Shown: positions 1 through 13,251 of the stretch, in pieces
Numbering within the stretch: the first letter of the stretch is position 1
Layout of the letters: each line of letters starts with the position of its first letter
Source: Amoebidium appalachense
Lineage: Eukaryota > Protista > Ichthyosporea
NCBI GenBank assembly: GCA_963693365.1
Contig: CAVNZM010000009.1
Span: 8,909,408 to 8,973,407 of the forward strand
DNA length: 64,000 nt
Reading direction: 5' to 3'
The notes under the pieces: generated by a model
Seen by the model: only the letters and a program-made list of their open reading frames with translations
What the model was told of the DNA's origin: nothing
Database searches by the model: none
Position numbers and translations under genes: made by a program

Positions 1-119
1 GGGGCGAAGTTTTGCTATTGATTCTAAGAGAGGGGGACGGGAAAAGGAGGGGGGGGGGGAAGGGGGGAATTCTAGGCTGGAAATGAGGGATAGAGTAGGG
101 GAGAGCCATAGGAGAGGTA

Positions 120-853
120 GAGGACGAGGTTGTTAAGGCAAAGCGAGGCATGGGCAAAGTGGTAAGCAGTCTGTATTTCTGAGGCTACACACGCTAGACA
201 GCTTAACCGTTAATCATCAAAACGGGGCAGAGCATGCAAGCATCCTTTTTATTTAATTCTACTCTGTCTAGTTCGGTCAGCCCCTATTAAGTATCATCTT
301 GGCTCAATGATTTACAAACTGGATGTCCGGTTCGGTTTCGTTTCGTCAGTGAATCGTCACTCCATATATAGCAACTACGTGAACTAAGCCTGAGCGTCCT
401 CCCCCCCCCCCCCCCCCCCCCCCCCCAGCCCCAGCCCCTCTCCACCCCCCCCCCCCCCCTCCAAACGCTCCCCATCTCCCCTCTGTTCTCCTCCTCCGTC
501 TCTCCGCTTCCTTCTTTCCCATATGGATGCCTTCGTTCCTTTCTTGCGAAACTGTTAGTATGAGGTCACACCGAAAGACGCTAGCCCTCTCCCCCCCCTC
601 CCCCCTCCCCCCCCCCCCCCCCTTCTTCTTTCACACACATACACGGTTGGGGTTTACGCTGTTTACTCGAGGCAAAGAGAGACCAGTCTCAGGTATGGGG
701 GTCTTTGCTCGGAATATCCCCTCAGCGGTATATCATGATCACGTACATAGATGTCGGGTGATGACTATATATCAGGGTTTACTTTCTCTACGAGACACCA
801 TAAAGACTAAGAAAAATCAATTAGTTGGGGTTCCCGGTTTTTTTTTTTTTTTT

Positions 854-903
<50 letters not shown>

Positions 904-1920
904 CTCCCCTGGGACACTCGGTATCAGCTGGTTGTGTGTGTGTGTGTGTTTGTCTGTGTGTGTGTGTGTGTGTGCGTCCGCTAGAATTTTGTAGCTATAG
1001 TGATGTGTTTCTCAAGCCAATCAATGCATCTAATAAACAGGTCGTAGTTACGCGTGTTTAGTATAAAATCAAGGATGCCGTAATTTACAGGTAGGTCATC
1101 TTTCTGGGTGTCTGTTGTGAATGTGACGTGTGTGTTGCGGTATTATGTGGTCTATCAAACTACATTTGGCAATACATGACCGTTTAAACTGGTGTGTGTG
1201 TGTGTTGTTTGGGCATGCAAACGATGCCACCTTATACTTGTTAGATCTCCACGTGCACTGTATAGCACGTGTACAGTAAAAGCGTGGTAATTGATCAATA
1301 ATACCATCAGCTAGAGAAAGACCAGTTCTACAGGAAGGTAATATGTATTTAGGTGTTATACATTTGCGAGTGCCATATTTGGCAATATGGTTGAGGCGTT
1401 CAGTATATATAAAACGAGACATAAGGCTTAGTTTTTCAAGGTGTCTGCTTTCATCGGGTCTAGTGTCGTGTGATATCTTTTTCCATTTGTTATATTGCGG
1501 TGATTATCTTGTGATTGTGTACATGTTTAATAAGTAAGTGGCAGTCCAAAGTCACACACACACACACTTTTGCGGGGTTTATTTGTATTTGTTCCCAGGG
1601 GAGAAGGGGAGAGAGAGGGAAGGAAAGCGGGGTTTATTTGTATTTGTTCCCAGGGGAGAAGGGGAGAGAGAGGGAAGGAAAGAGGGGATCCGAGGTGAGG
1701 AGGGGACAGGTCAGATAGAGAAGAGAGGGTGGGAGGGCAAATACTTCTTTAAGCGGCTTATGTGCTTATTGAATTTCAGCGCGAGATAGGACACTCTAGC
1801 AGCTATTGGGACCAGACCATATATCGAGAGCGTTACAGGCCCAGGTTTACAACAGTTGTTAGATAGGAACGAGGCAACTTCTGCTTCAAGGAAATTTGCC
1901 AAGGGTTTAAGCGCTCTAGT
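120..1920 (+). mobile_element. Highly degenerate LINE (non-LTR) RT/C-terminal remnant, broken by microsatellites
   Basis: Interrupted frames give LINE-RT-like fragments in the expected order: SIILAQ*FTNWM (~290-330), VWGSLLGISPQRYI (~693-735), LEFCSYSDVFLKPINASNKQVV (~981-1046), VIFLGV (~1095), KYFFKRLMCLLNFSAR*DTL (~1740-1800). The frame resumes at 8565 once the inserted element is removed. Motifs are weak. Confidence 0.45.
1567..1682. repeat. Two-copy ~55-bp tandem duplication
   Basis: gcggggtttatttgtatttgttcccaggggagaaggggagagagagggaaggaaa occurs twice in tandem. Confidence 0.85.
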
Positions 1921-2097
1921 TACTTCGCTTGATTCATCAAGCTCTATTTAGAGATGTATTTAGGCCAACTGATTGGTTGGAATAGTGTTCCAACAATCAA
2001 TGGCCACTAGGGAGCCGACTATGGTATATAGGCGGCGGCGACTCGTTCTACTCGTCTTAGCTTTGTTTCCCCGTCGGCCCCTACTTAGCTGTAGAGG

Positions 2098-2577
2098 TGT
2101 AAACAACTGTACACATGAACTGTACATGTTTACTAAAGAATGTGATCTACTAGCACACGATTCGTGCTTTGTCATGAATATCACATAAATATTATGTCCG
2201 CACCAATAGGACTCACTCTGACCTAAGAATTGAACCATATATGGTTCTTCCGCTGCATACCACATAAACGAAGTGAACCAATAAGAGGTTTGCATAAATA
2301 GGACGAAGGTCTGACTGGCTCGGACCGCACCAGAATCACGAATGGCATGTTGCCACCCGCGCTGGCCGCGGATGAACCAATCCTGGGCCTTGATCCGAAA
2401 CCTGGGGGCTAAATAACAAAGCCGTCCCAGTACGGGGATCACATCAGTGAAGTCTGAGACAGACTGAGTCGGCCCATAGTAAAAGCAACCTGGCCGCGTG
2501 TGCCTTTCTACCCGTTCTCTGTCTTTATTTTGATTCAGTTGTACTCTGCCTTATCCTAACTAGTCCAACTGTTTACA
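2098..2577 (+). repeat. 5' LTR
   Basis: Direct repeat of 5195-5674; begins tgtaaac, ends gtttaca; followed by the PBS. Confidence 0.95.
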
Positions 2578-5194
2578 TTGGCGACCGCGCAGTTCAAGAA
2601 TCTCGCATCCTTCGAATCTCACATCTTTCAATCAGCTCAAGAATCTCACATCTTTCAATTACCCCAAGAATCTGCCATGGCCGATCACAAATCCTTTTTA
2701 CCACGATGATAGGTACATCTTTCCTTGTCCGACTTAGAATATATACACCGACAAGTTTGAAGTGGCCAGCCCACCTACACGGAAAGAATTGAAAGCATGT
2801 AAAACGGCTTTTGCTACGACACAAAAAAAATGTGAAGAAAAACGAATACACAACGAAACAACGAATACACGAACAAACGAATAAAGAATTGCTAACGAAG
2901 CAATGAACCAACGAAAAACGAACCATCACGAATACACAATGAAATAAAGAATTAACGACAAACGAATGCATAGAGGAAATACGAAATGAATGCAACACGA
3001 AAACAAAACGAAGTAACGAAGTTATCAAACGACAAAAAACGAAAAACGAAAGCAAAATGAATTGGAAATACGAAAATGAAAGAACGAATGCACAACACTG
3101 CTTGGGTTGCAATGCACAAAGCCCCCTCTATGTTAGGAAGAAAATAAAACCGTTGCCCTTGCGTGCATTGCGCTATTGCACACTGCCATCGTGTCCATGC
3201 CACCGCATGCACGTCCACACTCGCAAGCCAGATGCACGGCCACTTTCAGCACGAATGCATTTAAAGAAGAAGATAGTCGCTGTTCCTATAGCATGTAGGA
3301 CATAAGGTGCTGTGAAAGTAGTTTTGCATGCATGCTTCGAATTTCTTGCTGTTGTCGAATACAGCATGCCCCATAGTTTAGCGCACAGGATGCACAACAT
3401 GCGCATGAATGTATGCTGGCATGCCTAAACACATTACGAACATATGGCTCATGTATGGCCCTTCCTGGTGCCATGCAACAACGAATTTGCACTCTTGGTG
3501 CACAGAAGGCATGTAATAAAGTCGATGCAGAACTTTTGTTCGTGCATGCGAAACAAACGAAGCTGTGGGGTACGAATTTACAGGTAACTGCCAGTGTGTG
3601 GCAATACTGTACAAATACTATAACATACGAACTATGCTGTAAAGCCTGGAATACCTGCATGCAAATTAAAATTGCTGCCGGCACACCCCCACCAGAATAA
3701 AGAAAACAAAAGAATGTGGTATGGGCACCGTTCCCTCACAACCCCAGCATACAGCGTCAGTATTTTGGCTGGAAGCCTTTCAGTTTCGAATTACGAATAC
3801 CCTCCTTCACTACTGAAGAAAGTGACGTGGAAGACGAATACGAATACGAATGCAAGGTGTTGTTGACTAACACATCGGACCATCATGTGTACCTAGGCCC
3901 TGGTACGGAGGTGACCATGTTATTCCCTTGCAATATGATGACACAGTAACAATTTAGCACGTGCATACCCCACCAATGGGCACATGCGGGAGACAACCCC
4001 ACAAGCTGCCTTATTGGGCACCTCTGCTAAAACGAATATTCTTCTCACGAAGGAACAGAAGAATGCCACGAACACGAACCACACACTCCCCAGGCAGCTA
4101 CTTACGTCTGATGTATGAAAGTAGTAGGTGTGTGAATTGGGTAACTCCATGAACACCAACACGAAAGAAAGCACAGCACAAAGCAGTTCCACGAACACGA
4201 ATGGTTTTGGTTTTCCACACAACGAACAGAACCAACAGTAGGGCCACCTACAAATGAAGCAGAGGATGGGGCACCATCCAGACCTGCACTGGAGGATATG
4301 AAAACACGAAGCGCGCTCACGAAGTTGCTTACAAAAGAAAGGGCGACTGTGACGACTTTTCTTTTTAGGCCAAGCCTCCAGAAGAATGTATTATGCCTGG
4401 AATCCCCCTGCTCAACGAAAATGGCTGGCAAATGGGATACGAAAACTGCTCACGAATGGAAGCATGTGTTTTCTGAAGAAGGCTTGCTTTGCCTACCCTC
4501 TTCTTATGAATTATGAACCGGGTTTTTACTGGTTCTGACGGGCTGATATATTTCTTTATGTCGCCCAACGAAGAACATTTAGGGCATTCTTATTCATGCT
4601 ATTCCCGGCTCCGATGATGCAGGGCTAAAGCTGAAAGGAAAGAAGTGCTCTTTGTTCATGAAAGAAGTGGCTTTTCCGGCCATGGTGACTCGCCTTACAG
4701 TCTTAAGGTAGAACCGGGATAAGGAGCAGTGGCTAAGCCTTGAAGCTATCCACCACTACCTGAGCTACGAAGTGACCTAAGGCTTGAGTTATATTCATTA
4801 TCGAATGTTTGGTATGATCATTCATCCACACAACCAAATTACTCGCAATTGAAAACGAATCTGCGGGAGTTTCCTAAAAAGGAAAAACACCTAAAAAAGG
4901 AAAATATTACTTCTACAGAAAAAGCCAAGCACAGAGACGAAGCGAACAATTCGCACGCACACTCTGCAACAATCTTCGCCACGAAAATGAAAACACAGAA
5001 GAATGCTGCATGAATTTGTGTTTTGGCAAATGAAGAAGTGCTCATAGACGTGCACAACTCTATTCCACCGTCCTTGCTCTGTTCTGTCCAGCAGCTCGGC
5101 ACACACAAGAATTCTCGCTGAAGGTTGTTTATCGCCTCTCAGCCTGGTGGTTTGCTTGTCTAACGACACCACCAGGCTCCCGACAAGGGGGGAG

Positions 5195-5674
5195 TGTAAA
5201 CAACTGTACACATGAACTGTACATGTTTACTAAAGAATGTGATCTACTAGCACACGATTCGTGCTTTGTCATGAATATCACATAAATATTATGTCCGCAC
5301 CAATAGGACTCACTCTGACCTAAGAATTGAACCATATATGGTTCTTCCGCTGCATACCACATAAACGAAGTGAACCAATAAGAGGTTTGCATAAATAGGA
5401 CGAAGGTCTGACTGGCTCGGACCGCACCAGAATCACGAATGGCATGTTGCCACCCGCGCTGGCCGCGGATGAACCAATCCTGGGCCTTGATCCGAAACCT
5501 GGGGGCTATATAACAAAGCCGTCCCAGTACGGGGATCACATCAGTGAAGTCTGAGACAGACTGAGTCGGCCCATAGTAAAAGCAACCTGGCCGCGTGTGC
5601 CTTTCTACCCGTTCTCTGTCTTTATTTTGATTCAGTTGTACTCTGCCTTATCCTAACTAGTCCAACTGTTTACA
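5195..5674 (+). repeat. 3' LTR
   Basis: Direct repeat of 2098-2577; preceded by the PPT and followed by TSD AGAGG. Confidence 0.95.
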
Positions 5675-5949
5675 AGAGGGCCGACAGACGGCAGGAGGCT
5701 CGGCTTAGCTCGGTAGGGCGGCGTGGCGCCCGGGTAGCAGTTGTGGAGCGTAATTAGCAGTGGTGGGTTAGTAAATCTAAATAGATTGCTATTTGCGTAG
5801 GGGTGAGCTGCACCCACGGCCTGAGGGCAACTGGGCTGCGGCCCTTTCTAGTTAGGTTCTACGAGCGCGCGTAGTGTTGTAGATAAACTGTTTGCGAGCG
5901 CGCGTAGTGCTGCAGACAGGTGTAGTGTCTCAATTTCTTCGAAGGCAGG

Positions 5950-7932
5950 ATGGGAGATGCAAGTGATGCATCCCAACTGCCATTGTATCAGAGAGTTCGT
6001 GCCTGTGTAGATGAGTGGGAGCGTGGGGGTGCGTCTAAAGAAGTTTTGTTCTGGATTAAGTACGGCATCACACCAGAATGGAAGAGTGCGCGTCCTGCCC
6101 CTTTTGATGCAGGTGGCTATCTGGATATCGGCGAAGTTTCAGAGGCAGAAGCGGCAGTGGAAGTTGAACGGTTACTGAGTAAGGGGGCCCTCGAGACAGT
6201 GCCTGAAAGCGCAAAATGGTGTGTTTCGAAGTCTTTTGGGCTGCGGAAGCCCAACGGAAACGTCCGGCTCATTATTGATATGCGTCCTGTGAATGAATAC
6301 GCTGTCGCACGTGGTATCAAGTACGAAACCCTCAGCGATTTGCGGGTGCTCGCGCAGCTGGGTGACCACGCTTTCAGTTTCGACCTCGAAGACGGATATT
6401 TTGCACTAGCCATTCAACCCCGGTTCTGCAAGTATTTCCAAATTCGTGTGGGGGGACAACTCTTCCAGTACACGGTGCTTCCCTTCGGTTACTCCCTCAG
6501 TCCCTACTTTTTCATGCGCTTATGCGCGAGTTCGCGCGTCGGTACGTGCACGCGGCATCCGTTCGTTGGCTTTCCTCGATGACTGGGCCATCTTCGAACA
6601 GGCGGCACGGGCACTAGACACACGCGGGGTGGTGGAGCAGGAATTGAAAGTCACCGGCCTTACGAAGCATCCGAATAAGGCTCATTGGGACCCAGTGAGT
6701 GCCCTCGACCATTTGGGCATCCACATAAATTTGGAGGAAGGGTATTTGTCTCCCACATTGGCGTCTTTGAAAATATCAGTATCGGGGGAAACACGTTCTT
6801 TAATGGCTAAGGCGCGCAAAGGACGGCGGTGGGTGGAAAAGAAGCAGGTGGCTAGATGGCTAGGGTTGGTTGTTAGTTTGCGTGCGGCGGTGCCTCATGT
6901 ACTCACGGTTGTCCGGCCGGTGTATGTTGCTCTACGCGGCGGGAACTGGCGTAGCTTTGTGCGGTTAACGGGTCGGCAGCTACGCATTATCGGTAAAACC
7001 ATGGGTATAATAGGTCGGCTTCCACGCACGGAAATCTGGCCTGAGCCTATCACGGCCACTCTCATCACAGATGCTGCCACCTCACACGGGTGGGGGGCAG
7101 TACTACAGTTGGGCCTACCAAACCCGCAGGTTGTGGAGGCTTTCGGTCGTTGGGCGGAGAGCGATGCACCGCGGGCGGCTGCAGCGGCGGAGTGCGAGGG
7201 CCTACTCGAGGCATACCGCAGGCCCGAAATGCAGGCCCTAATCCAACGTCAGCGCGTACGCTGGCAGTCAGACGCCCAGGCCGCGTTGGGCGCGGTGCGC
7301 AAAAAGGGCAGCAGCAGCCCCGCCATGCAGCGAGTGCTATGGCAACTGCTGCAGTTGTGTTTGGAAAAGGGGCTCCCCTGGCCCCAAGAACTGTCATCAT
7401 TCCGGGCGAAGTGAACGACCGTGCGGATTGGTTGTCGCGGATTGATCCCCGTCACGAGTGGTCGGTTACCCCTGCGGGGTTTGAGCGTATCGAGCAGACA
7501 CTCGGATTGCACACGGTGGTGGATCGGTTTGCTACACCCGTGACAGCAGTCAAACCCACGTTTCACACATGGACCGCGGTGGTCCCCGTGAGCGGTGGGC
7601 AGGATGGGCTTGCCGCCGCATGGCAGGCCCCCAGCTGGTGGGCGCCACCGTTTCCGTTGATCAAGCGGACAGTGGCGAAGATTCAGCGGGAATGTGCGCA
7701 GGGAATATTAGTGGTCCCGGTGTGGGACACCGCCTTATGGTGGCCGGTGGTGCAAGGGATGGCACAGGCCCACACGGACCTAGCCCCCGAAGAAGTGGTG
7801 TTTCCGGTCGGTGTCCGGTCTCGGCGAATGCGTGCCTTCCTATTGGACGGCAGCACCCGCCCCCTTCATGATTGGATGAAAATCACTCGCCGCGCCGCTC
7901 CTGCCATCCAGCTTTGTGTATTATTTCTGTAA
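5950..7932 (+). pseudogene. DIRS-type pol: reverse transcriptase - RNase H - DAM-like methyltransferase, two frameshifts (~6520, ~7395)
   Basis: RT motifs KPNGNVRLIIDMRPVN, SFDLEDGYF, LPFGYSLSPYFF, AFLDD, DHLGIHIN. RNase H motifs ITDAATSHGWGA, AECEG, QSDAQAA, IPGEVNDRADWLSR. MT motifs VDRFAT, WWAPPFPLI, GILVVPVWDTALWWP. Spread over ORFs 5950-6582, 6446-7414 and 7090-7932. Confidence 0.88.
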
Positions 7933-8204
7933 AATAAGAATGTGGTCGCAGATAGCAACAACATATCTAAATACTTTGCTTGATTCATCAAGCTCTATTT
8001 AGAGATGTATTTAGGCCAACTGATTGGTTGGAATAGTGTTCCAACAATCAGTGGCCACTAGGGAGCCGACTATGGTATATAGGCGGCGACTCGTTCTACT
8101 CGTCTTAGCTTTGTTTCCCCGTCGGCCCCTACTTAGCCCCACCCACACGCCCGAGCTGTGTTGCATTTCCCCGTCTTTAGCTAGTCTCTTGCTGATTGGC
8201 TACG

Positions 8205-8360
<156 letters not shown>

Positions 8361-8564
8361 ACACAAACACACGCCCACGCATTGAGGGTAGTGGAGGGGT
8401 AGGATAGGGTAGAGGGGTTTTCTTCGTGCGGTGTGTTTATTTGGATTTTGTTCGTAGAGAGGCAGTGCATGCCATGGTATGTGTACGTTTCTGATGATCG
8501 TGCCCGCGGGGCACTTGGCTGAGCCGAGCCAATAAGCAAATCGAAAGCAACAACATATCTAAAT

Positions 8565-8726
8565 CTCTCTTTCTTGATCCAAGCGGCGAGAAGGGGTAAA
8601 CCATATTCACATGCCGGGAAGACAAAAGTGCGAATAAATGTAAGCTTAATAGAAGGATGGATGCCAGCAAGGTGTAGTGCGCCAACATGCCGCTTGCACA
8701 GTTATATGACGACAAACACCAATACC
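8565..8726 (+). mobile_element. 3' end of the interrupted LINE
   Basis: In-frame continuation of 1790-1921. Its terminal ~58 bp (gcaaggtgtagtgcgccaacatgcc…atgacgacaaacaccaa) recurs at 10213-10269. Confidence 0.5.
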
Positions 8727-9137
8727 AGATTCCTTACTCCATGTAAAGAAGCTATTATTAACATATTTGATAGGAATCTCACAGGAATATTAATTCCATT
8801 AATGATCTTTTACAATTTGCTAAAATCAGGATTTTTCTAATTTTTTTAAGACTTTTATGAAGTCTATAAATTCCAAATGTGAACACTTTAGAATTTTTGT
8901 TGAATTCTGTTGGTCGTCACATTGAGTATTTATATGATTTTCACACAGTGTTCAGGTATCTCAGTATGCACTTGTTACTGGATAACTCGTGAAGTTTTTA
9001 TTGTCTTCTCAGTATGCCGTGCATACTTGTCATATCTTTCCGTCGAATAAATCCAGTCAAAAGAAAAAAAAAAATTTCAGACCTCTAAAACTCCAATTTT
9101 CCGGATTTCTGGATTTAGGATTTTTATCTTTTCCTTA

Positions 9138-10121
9138 GGGCCTGTTTGGCAACGCGGAGTTAGCGGCCATACTCCGGAGTAAGATCGATTTTGGAGTTAG
9201 GGCTAAAGCGGATTTTCTGAAATCCGCGATGCCAAACAGACGGCCCAATCTGGGCCTGTGTACGCCGGGTTTCAAACCCCTTGGACATCGCTTGTACTCC
9301 AATTTCTATAATCCACCTCCGGAGGTGGATTATGCGCGAAATTGAACGCCGTGTGAAGGTCTAAACCAATGAAAATTCATGTCGTGAGACCTTTTTACAT
9401 TTCTCTCTCGGCCAATTGGCGGCAGTGCAATATAGCCAAAAACAGTTAAAGTGGAAAAGACGCCAAACGGAAAGTCCGTTGTCACCGGCATGGCCAGCTT
9501 GCTGGTGAGCCTGCGACAGCCCGAGCGCAGGCTGCGACCAGCCACACACAGCCGGCCACGTGTGGTAGGTCGTATAAAAACAAGCCCCCCCTCAACTATT
9601 CTTCCTCTTCGCGGCCAACTTGTAGGCAACCTTTTTTTTACCATTAGACAATCTTTTGCACATCGGTCAAGATTGTCTGAACCGACAGGATGCCTGTAGG
9701 GGGAAGCAAAGAATGCAATTGCTGCAATTGCGGCCGAAAGGGCCATGTTTCGTGCTAAATACATAGTGGTTTTGCAACCGGAAACGTTGATGTTGTTATA
9801 TATGCAAATGGTATCATTACAGTGTATACAAATACATACATACGGGACACTGCACAGTCACCACAAAAAAATTAGTACTGAGTCCTAGGTACGATATACG
9901 TGCAAAGTATGCGCACTCCGATCAACGTAAAACTTGCGCAATGTGACTTGATAAACTAAGCTGCAGCTGAAAAAAGTGTTGTCTGTTTGGCACGAGCGGT
10001 TAGTATCTACGCCAGGTTTTGACCTAAATCCGGATTACAAATCAGAATCTGGATACTGATTTGATACCCGGCGTATACGGTCTACGCCGGAGTTCGTAAC
10101 TCCGCGTTGCTAAACAGGCCC
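9138..10121. mobile_element. PIF/Harbinger (Tourist-like) MITE, 984 bp
   Basis: 25-bp TIR gggcctgtttggcaacgcggagtta / taactccgcgttgctaaacaggccc (1 mismatch). TTA TSD at 9135-9137 and 10122-10124. No transposase ORF. Confidence 0.92.
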
Positions 10122-10212
10122 TTATATCCTGACGAAAGCTTGGAATATTAATAAGAGTAGAGTATAGAAGAGTAGAAAGATCGCCCTCCCCTTCCCCTGG
10201 AGACGGTTGCCT

Positions 10213-10269
10213 GCAAGGTGTAGTGCGCCAACATGCCGGTTGCACAGTTATATGACGACAAACACCAAC
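10213..10269 (+). repeat. Second short copy of the LINE-like 3' terminus
   Basis: Near-identical to 8666-8722; followed by CA-rich sequence. Confidence 0.75.
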
Positions 10270-10329
10270 ATACGTACCAGCACACCTGCTAATGCATACA
10301 CATACACACACAAGCACAAACACACACAC

Positions 10330-10521
<192 letters not shown>

Positions 10522-11484
10522 CGACACATATACGCATGAATGCACAAGCATAATCACAGGCTCACACATTGTGATGCACACACACACACACACACACACA
10601 AACACGCACACGGACACGCACACGGATGCTGACACCATCCACTCCATCTTCTGCCATAACCCAGTATTTGCTTGTGCTCCGCAACCCATAACACGGCCAA
10701 AAATTAGTTCCTCTCCCCCCCCTCCCCCCCGGACAGCTTTACACCATCCCCCCCCCTCCCCCCCCCCTCTGCCCTCCGCCTCCCTCCCCCGCCAATAGCT
10801 CGCCACAGAACTGAATGGATGTAGGTGGTGTTGGTTGCCAAAAAAAATCTTAAGGGGAGAGAAGACGTGGAGAAAGAGAAAGAGTGTTGGGTGAAAGAGG
10901 GGAGGAAGAAAAGGAGACGGACGCACTGCCCATTTGTCCCACATGTGAGAACTGAGAGGAAGGGTGGTGCTTTATTGGGGAGGGCACTTGGGGGGGGGGG
11001 GGGGGGGGGGAAGGGGGGGGGAGGGGGAGGAGTGGGGGGAGACTAGCTGGTCTCACAAATTTGCATTGTCTTCATCTTCTCATCTTTGTCCAACCCCCCC
11101 CCCCCCCTCCCCTTTTTCCCCCGTCAAATGGTGTTTGTTCGGTATATAATATTTGTGTTGCGTCTCAAAAGTCCCCCCCCCCCCCCTCCCGCCCCCCTCC
11201 CCCCCGTTTCTCCCTTTGCACCTCAAATTCCCCTCATCTCACAACAGAAACCAAAACACCAGCACTACCACCACCACTCATTTACCGAGACTTTTTGTCT
11301 CCCTCGCTCCCCTCCTCTATCATACCCTCCATTAAACTGAACCCGTTCGTTTTGCTTTGCTGGGATCGTCTGACTCAATCGGTTACTGACTCTTGTCCCC
11401 CCCCCCCTCCCCCTCCTCCCCGTTCTCCACCCCCCTTCCCTTCCACAGACCACATTTGTATCCTTTTTCGTCTCAGAGCTGAAA

Positions 11485-12259
11485 ATGGCAGGCACAGTGC
11501 TTGATACTGAATATGACTCAGGTTGGTCCCCCCCCCCCCCTAGGTCGAAACTCGGGTACTGTGGATGACGTGGGCCCCCCCTGAGGATGGGCTCTGCTTA
11601 TTATGCATACTCTTTATGTATGGCTTGCATTCTGCATCGTGTTATCCGTTTGTTCTTGTGTACTTCGTACTTTTTGACGCATTCAACCCCCCCCCCCCCC
11701 CCCCTCCCCCCCTGATGATGGGCTCTGTTCAAGTGTCTTCTGCCTGCACGCTTAATTGTTTTGATTTTGGATTTCCCACGTTTGTGACGCTTGTTGTTAC
11801 TCTTTGTTGTCTCCTCCATATTTCCAACCCTCTAACGCATACATCACCCCCTCTCCCCCCCCCCCCCCCCCCCCCCCTCTCCCCCTCCCTCCCCCTCTCC
11901 CCCCCCCCCCCTCCCTCCCCCCGTGTGGGGCCCAATGCACAGGGTTCGGAAGTAGACGGAACAAAACAAAAAAGGACTTGACTAGAGGGAGGCAGGGAGG
12001 GGTGGAGAGACCGGGGGAGGGGAAGGGGAGGGGGAGAGAGGGAGAGAAAGAAGGGGAGGGAAGGAGGAATAGGGAAGGGGGCGAGGGGGAAGGGGAAGGG
12101 GGAGGTGGAGGTGAAGGAGAGAAGGAAGGAGAGGAAAAGAGGCATGGGGAGGTGGGGAAGGAAAAGGGGGAGGGAACGGGGGACAGGGAGGGGAGAATAA
12201 TAGGAGTGAGGTTGAGTGAGCGAGAATATGAGTGAATCAGTAAGATTCTGAGTGAGTAA

Positions 12260-12290
<31 letters not shown>

Positions 12291-13211
12291 TCCCCTCGTT
12301 TCCTGCCCTTCCTGTGCAGCCTCTCGCCTTTCATTCCTCTTTCTTCTTCATCAATGCTCTGCTCTTATTTGCTGTTTTCTCATTTTGGTATTTTGCTGCA
12401 GGGGCAGAACTGGATATGGACTGGGAGCCCTCCGAGTTGAACCTTAGAGACGAGGAAGCATGTACGTGCAATGCCCCCCCCCCCCCCCCCCCCCCCCCCA
12501 ATGACGCATACTGTGCGCATGGCTGATGTTGCATACTTGAAATTTTGCCTTTGCATGTGTCCTTCGTGTATGCGTACTTCGTACCGTGTTCCGCATTCAA
12601 ACCCCCCCAGTCTTCTTTCAGAGGTGTCCTTCCAGGACAGACCACTGTGTGGAGACCGCTTTACTTCCATGCAACCGGGCGTGGTTGCATTGTGTCGTGC
12701 ATCTGTAAGCACAAACGCATTTTCCGCTGCACTGCATTAGTTTGCACACACATATTCACCGTTTTTTTGCTCACCTTGCTTGCATAAGCAACCCTGCTCG
12801 TCTTTGATCAAGACGGGTTGACCCTCCCAAGTTCAGTTGATGCTGCTGTCTGAGTTGGAGAGTCGTATATACGCGGGGCTAAGGGGTCGAAACTCAGACG
12901 CATTTGATGACTTGGGCCCTCCCTGAGGATGGTCTCTGCTTATGACGCATACTGTGCGCATGGCTGATGTTGATACTTGAATGTTTGCCTTTGCATGTGT
13001 CCTTCGTGTATGCGTACTTCGTACCGTGTTCCGCATTCAACCCCCCTCCCCCCCCCCCCCCCCCTCCGTCCCCTCTCCTCAATCACATCCCCTTTAATCC
13101 TCCCCCCCCCCCCCCTCCCTTTCCTGCCCCCCCCCCCCCCCCCCCCTTTGCATGTGTCCTGCACCATGCTTCTCATCGTGTATGCGTACTTCGTACTGTG
13201 TTCCGCATTCA

Positions 13212-13251
<40 letters not shown>

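Larger units (their letters stand above)
2098..5674 (+). mobile_element. Non-autonomous Ty3/gypsy-derived LTR retrotransposon
   Basis: 480-bp LTRs at 2098-2577 and 5195-5674 (TG...CA ends; one mismatch seen). TSD AGAGG at 2093-2097 and 5675-5679. PBS tggcgacc at 2579 (tRNA-Arg-like). PPT aaggggggag at 5185-5194. Decayed RT motifs KTAH…, EEHLGH…RL, GLKLKGKKCSLFMKEVAF at ~4440-4680. Confidence 0.93.

Noticed and set aside
1960-5539. Duplicated minus-strand ORFs MIPVLGRLCY… (1960-2442, 5129-5539)
   Set aside because: Antisense reading of the two LTRs; no recognisable domain.
11461-11484. Acceptor-like AG just before the start codon, suggesting spliced-leader trans-splicing
   Set aside because: Equally explained by a 5' UTR intron or upstream exon; the BTB gene lacks such an AG.
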